Source: Neodothiora populina (lineage: Eukaryota). Taken from it: a DNA stretch of 64,000 nucleotides. The stretch spans positions 1,116,001 through 1,180,000 of the forward strand of contig NW_027191408.1 of the NCBI RefSeq assembly GCF_041146345.1, written 5' to 3'. The notes beneath the pieces are model-generated. The model saw only the letters and a program-made list of their open reading frames with translations, searched no databases and was not told the DNA's origin. This document shows, in pieces, positions 63,506 to 64,000 of this stretch (positions are counted from its first letter, which is position 1; every line of letters starts with the position of its first letter). The translations under genes were made by a program, and so were the position numbers.

Positions 63506-64000
63506 CCTCCCACGATTTGAAATGAGAAGGGACGGGGCATTGGTAGCGTGGATACCGAAAGGTATATGTTCTTTGAAGGTCTAGTCCACGTGCGATGGTG
63601 AGCCAAGCACTTTTGCCATATGGTCGATGTACACATTACGAAATTGTTGTCTGGAGGGATCGGCATCGCCCCGCGGAGTAGATCGTCCCTTCTAGCAAAT
63701 CATCGATTTACGCCGGTGCGGTCGGCTACCGGAAAACGCGCCAGCGCTACTTGGATGGTTCCGCCGCTAACGAAGCATGAAGTGGGAACATACGAAACAA
63801 GAGTCCTTGCACGTTTCGTTCTGATCCATGCATCAATACTGCTGTATTTGGACCGCCCTCCGAGGAACGTGCATAGCTCTGCAAGACTCACTTTGCCTCT
63901 TCGCCGTGACAAGCCGAAGAAGAGGCGCTGTCGTGCGTGGTGTCGGTGTCAGATCCCAGCAAGTAAGATCGATTCGGAATGATGGGAACCTGTAATAAAG

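Overview
Gene-dense, intron-containing DNA from a filamentous ascomycete (Pezizomycotina; finer placement not attempted). Recognisable conserved genes in order: 3' end of sec7 (+), the developmental regulator medA (-), an uncharacterised protein with a C-terminal Myb/SANT-like region (-), a head-to-head pair of myosin-motor chitin synthases (class VII csmB-type on -, class V csmA-type on +), a secreted/membrane-anchored arylsulfotransferase-domain protein (+), a Ser/Thr-rich GPI wall protein (-), mitochondrial malate dehydrogenase (+), a DHA1 MFS transporter (-), a GH18 chitinase ending in KDEL (+) and a bZIP/DUF3425-type factor (-). Exon/intron models were built by hand and checked for frame. 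The most unusual part is the ~13.5 kb island between mdh1 and the MFS gene (about 43.0-56.4 kb). It holds three highly diverged paralogous genes, each with one C2H2 zinc finger plus a shared 'REHLxLxH-x6-A-x3-AK-x2-F' extension. They alternate with four TATA-preceded, ORF-poor, hairpin-rich blocks; two of these blocks share a two-part sequence motif whose halves can base-pair. A zinc-finger protein plus structured lncRNA system is my hypothesis, not a demonstrated fact: no folding or database search was run.
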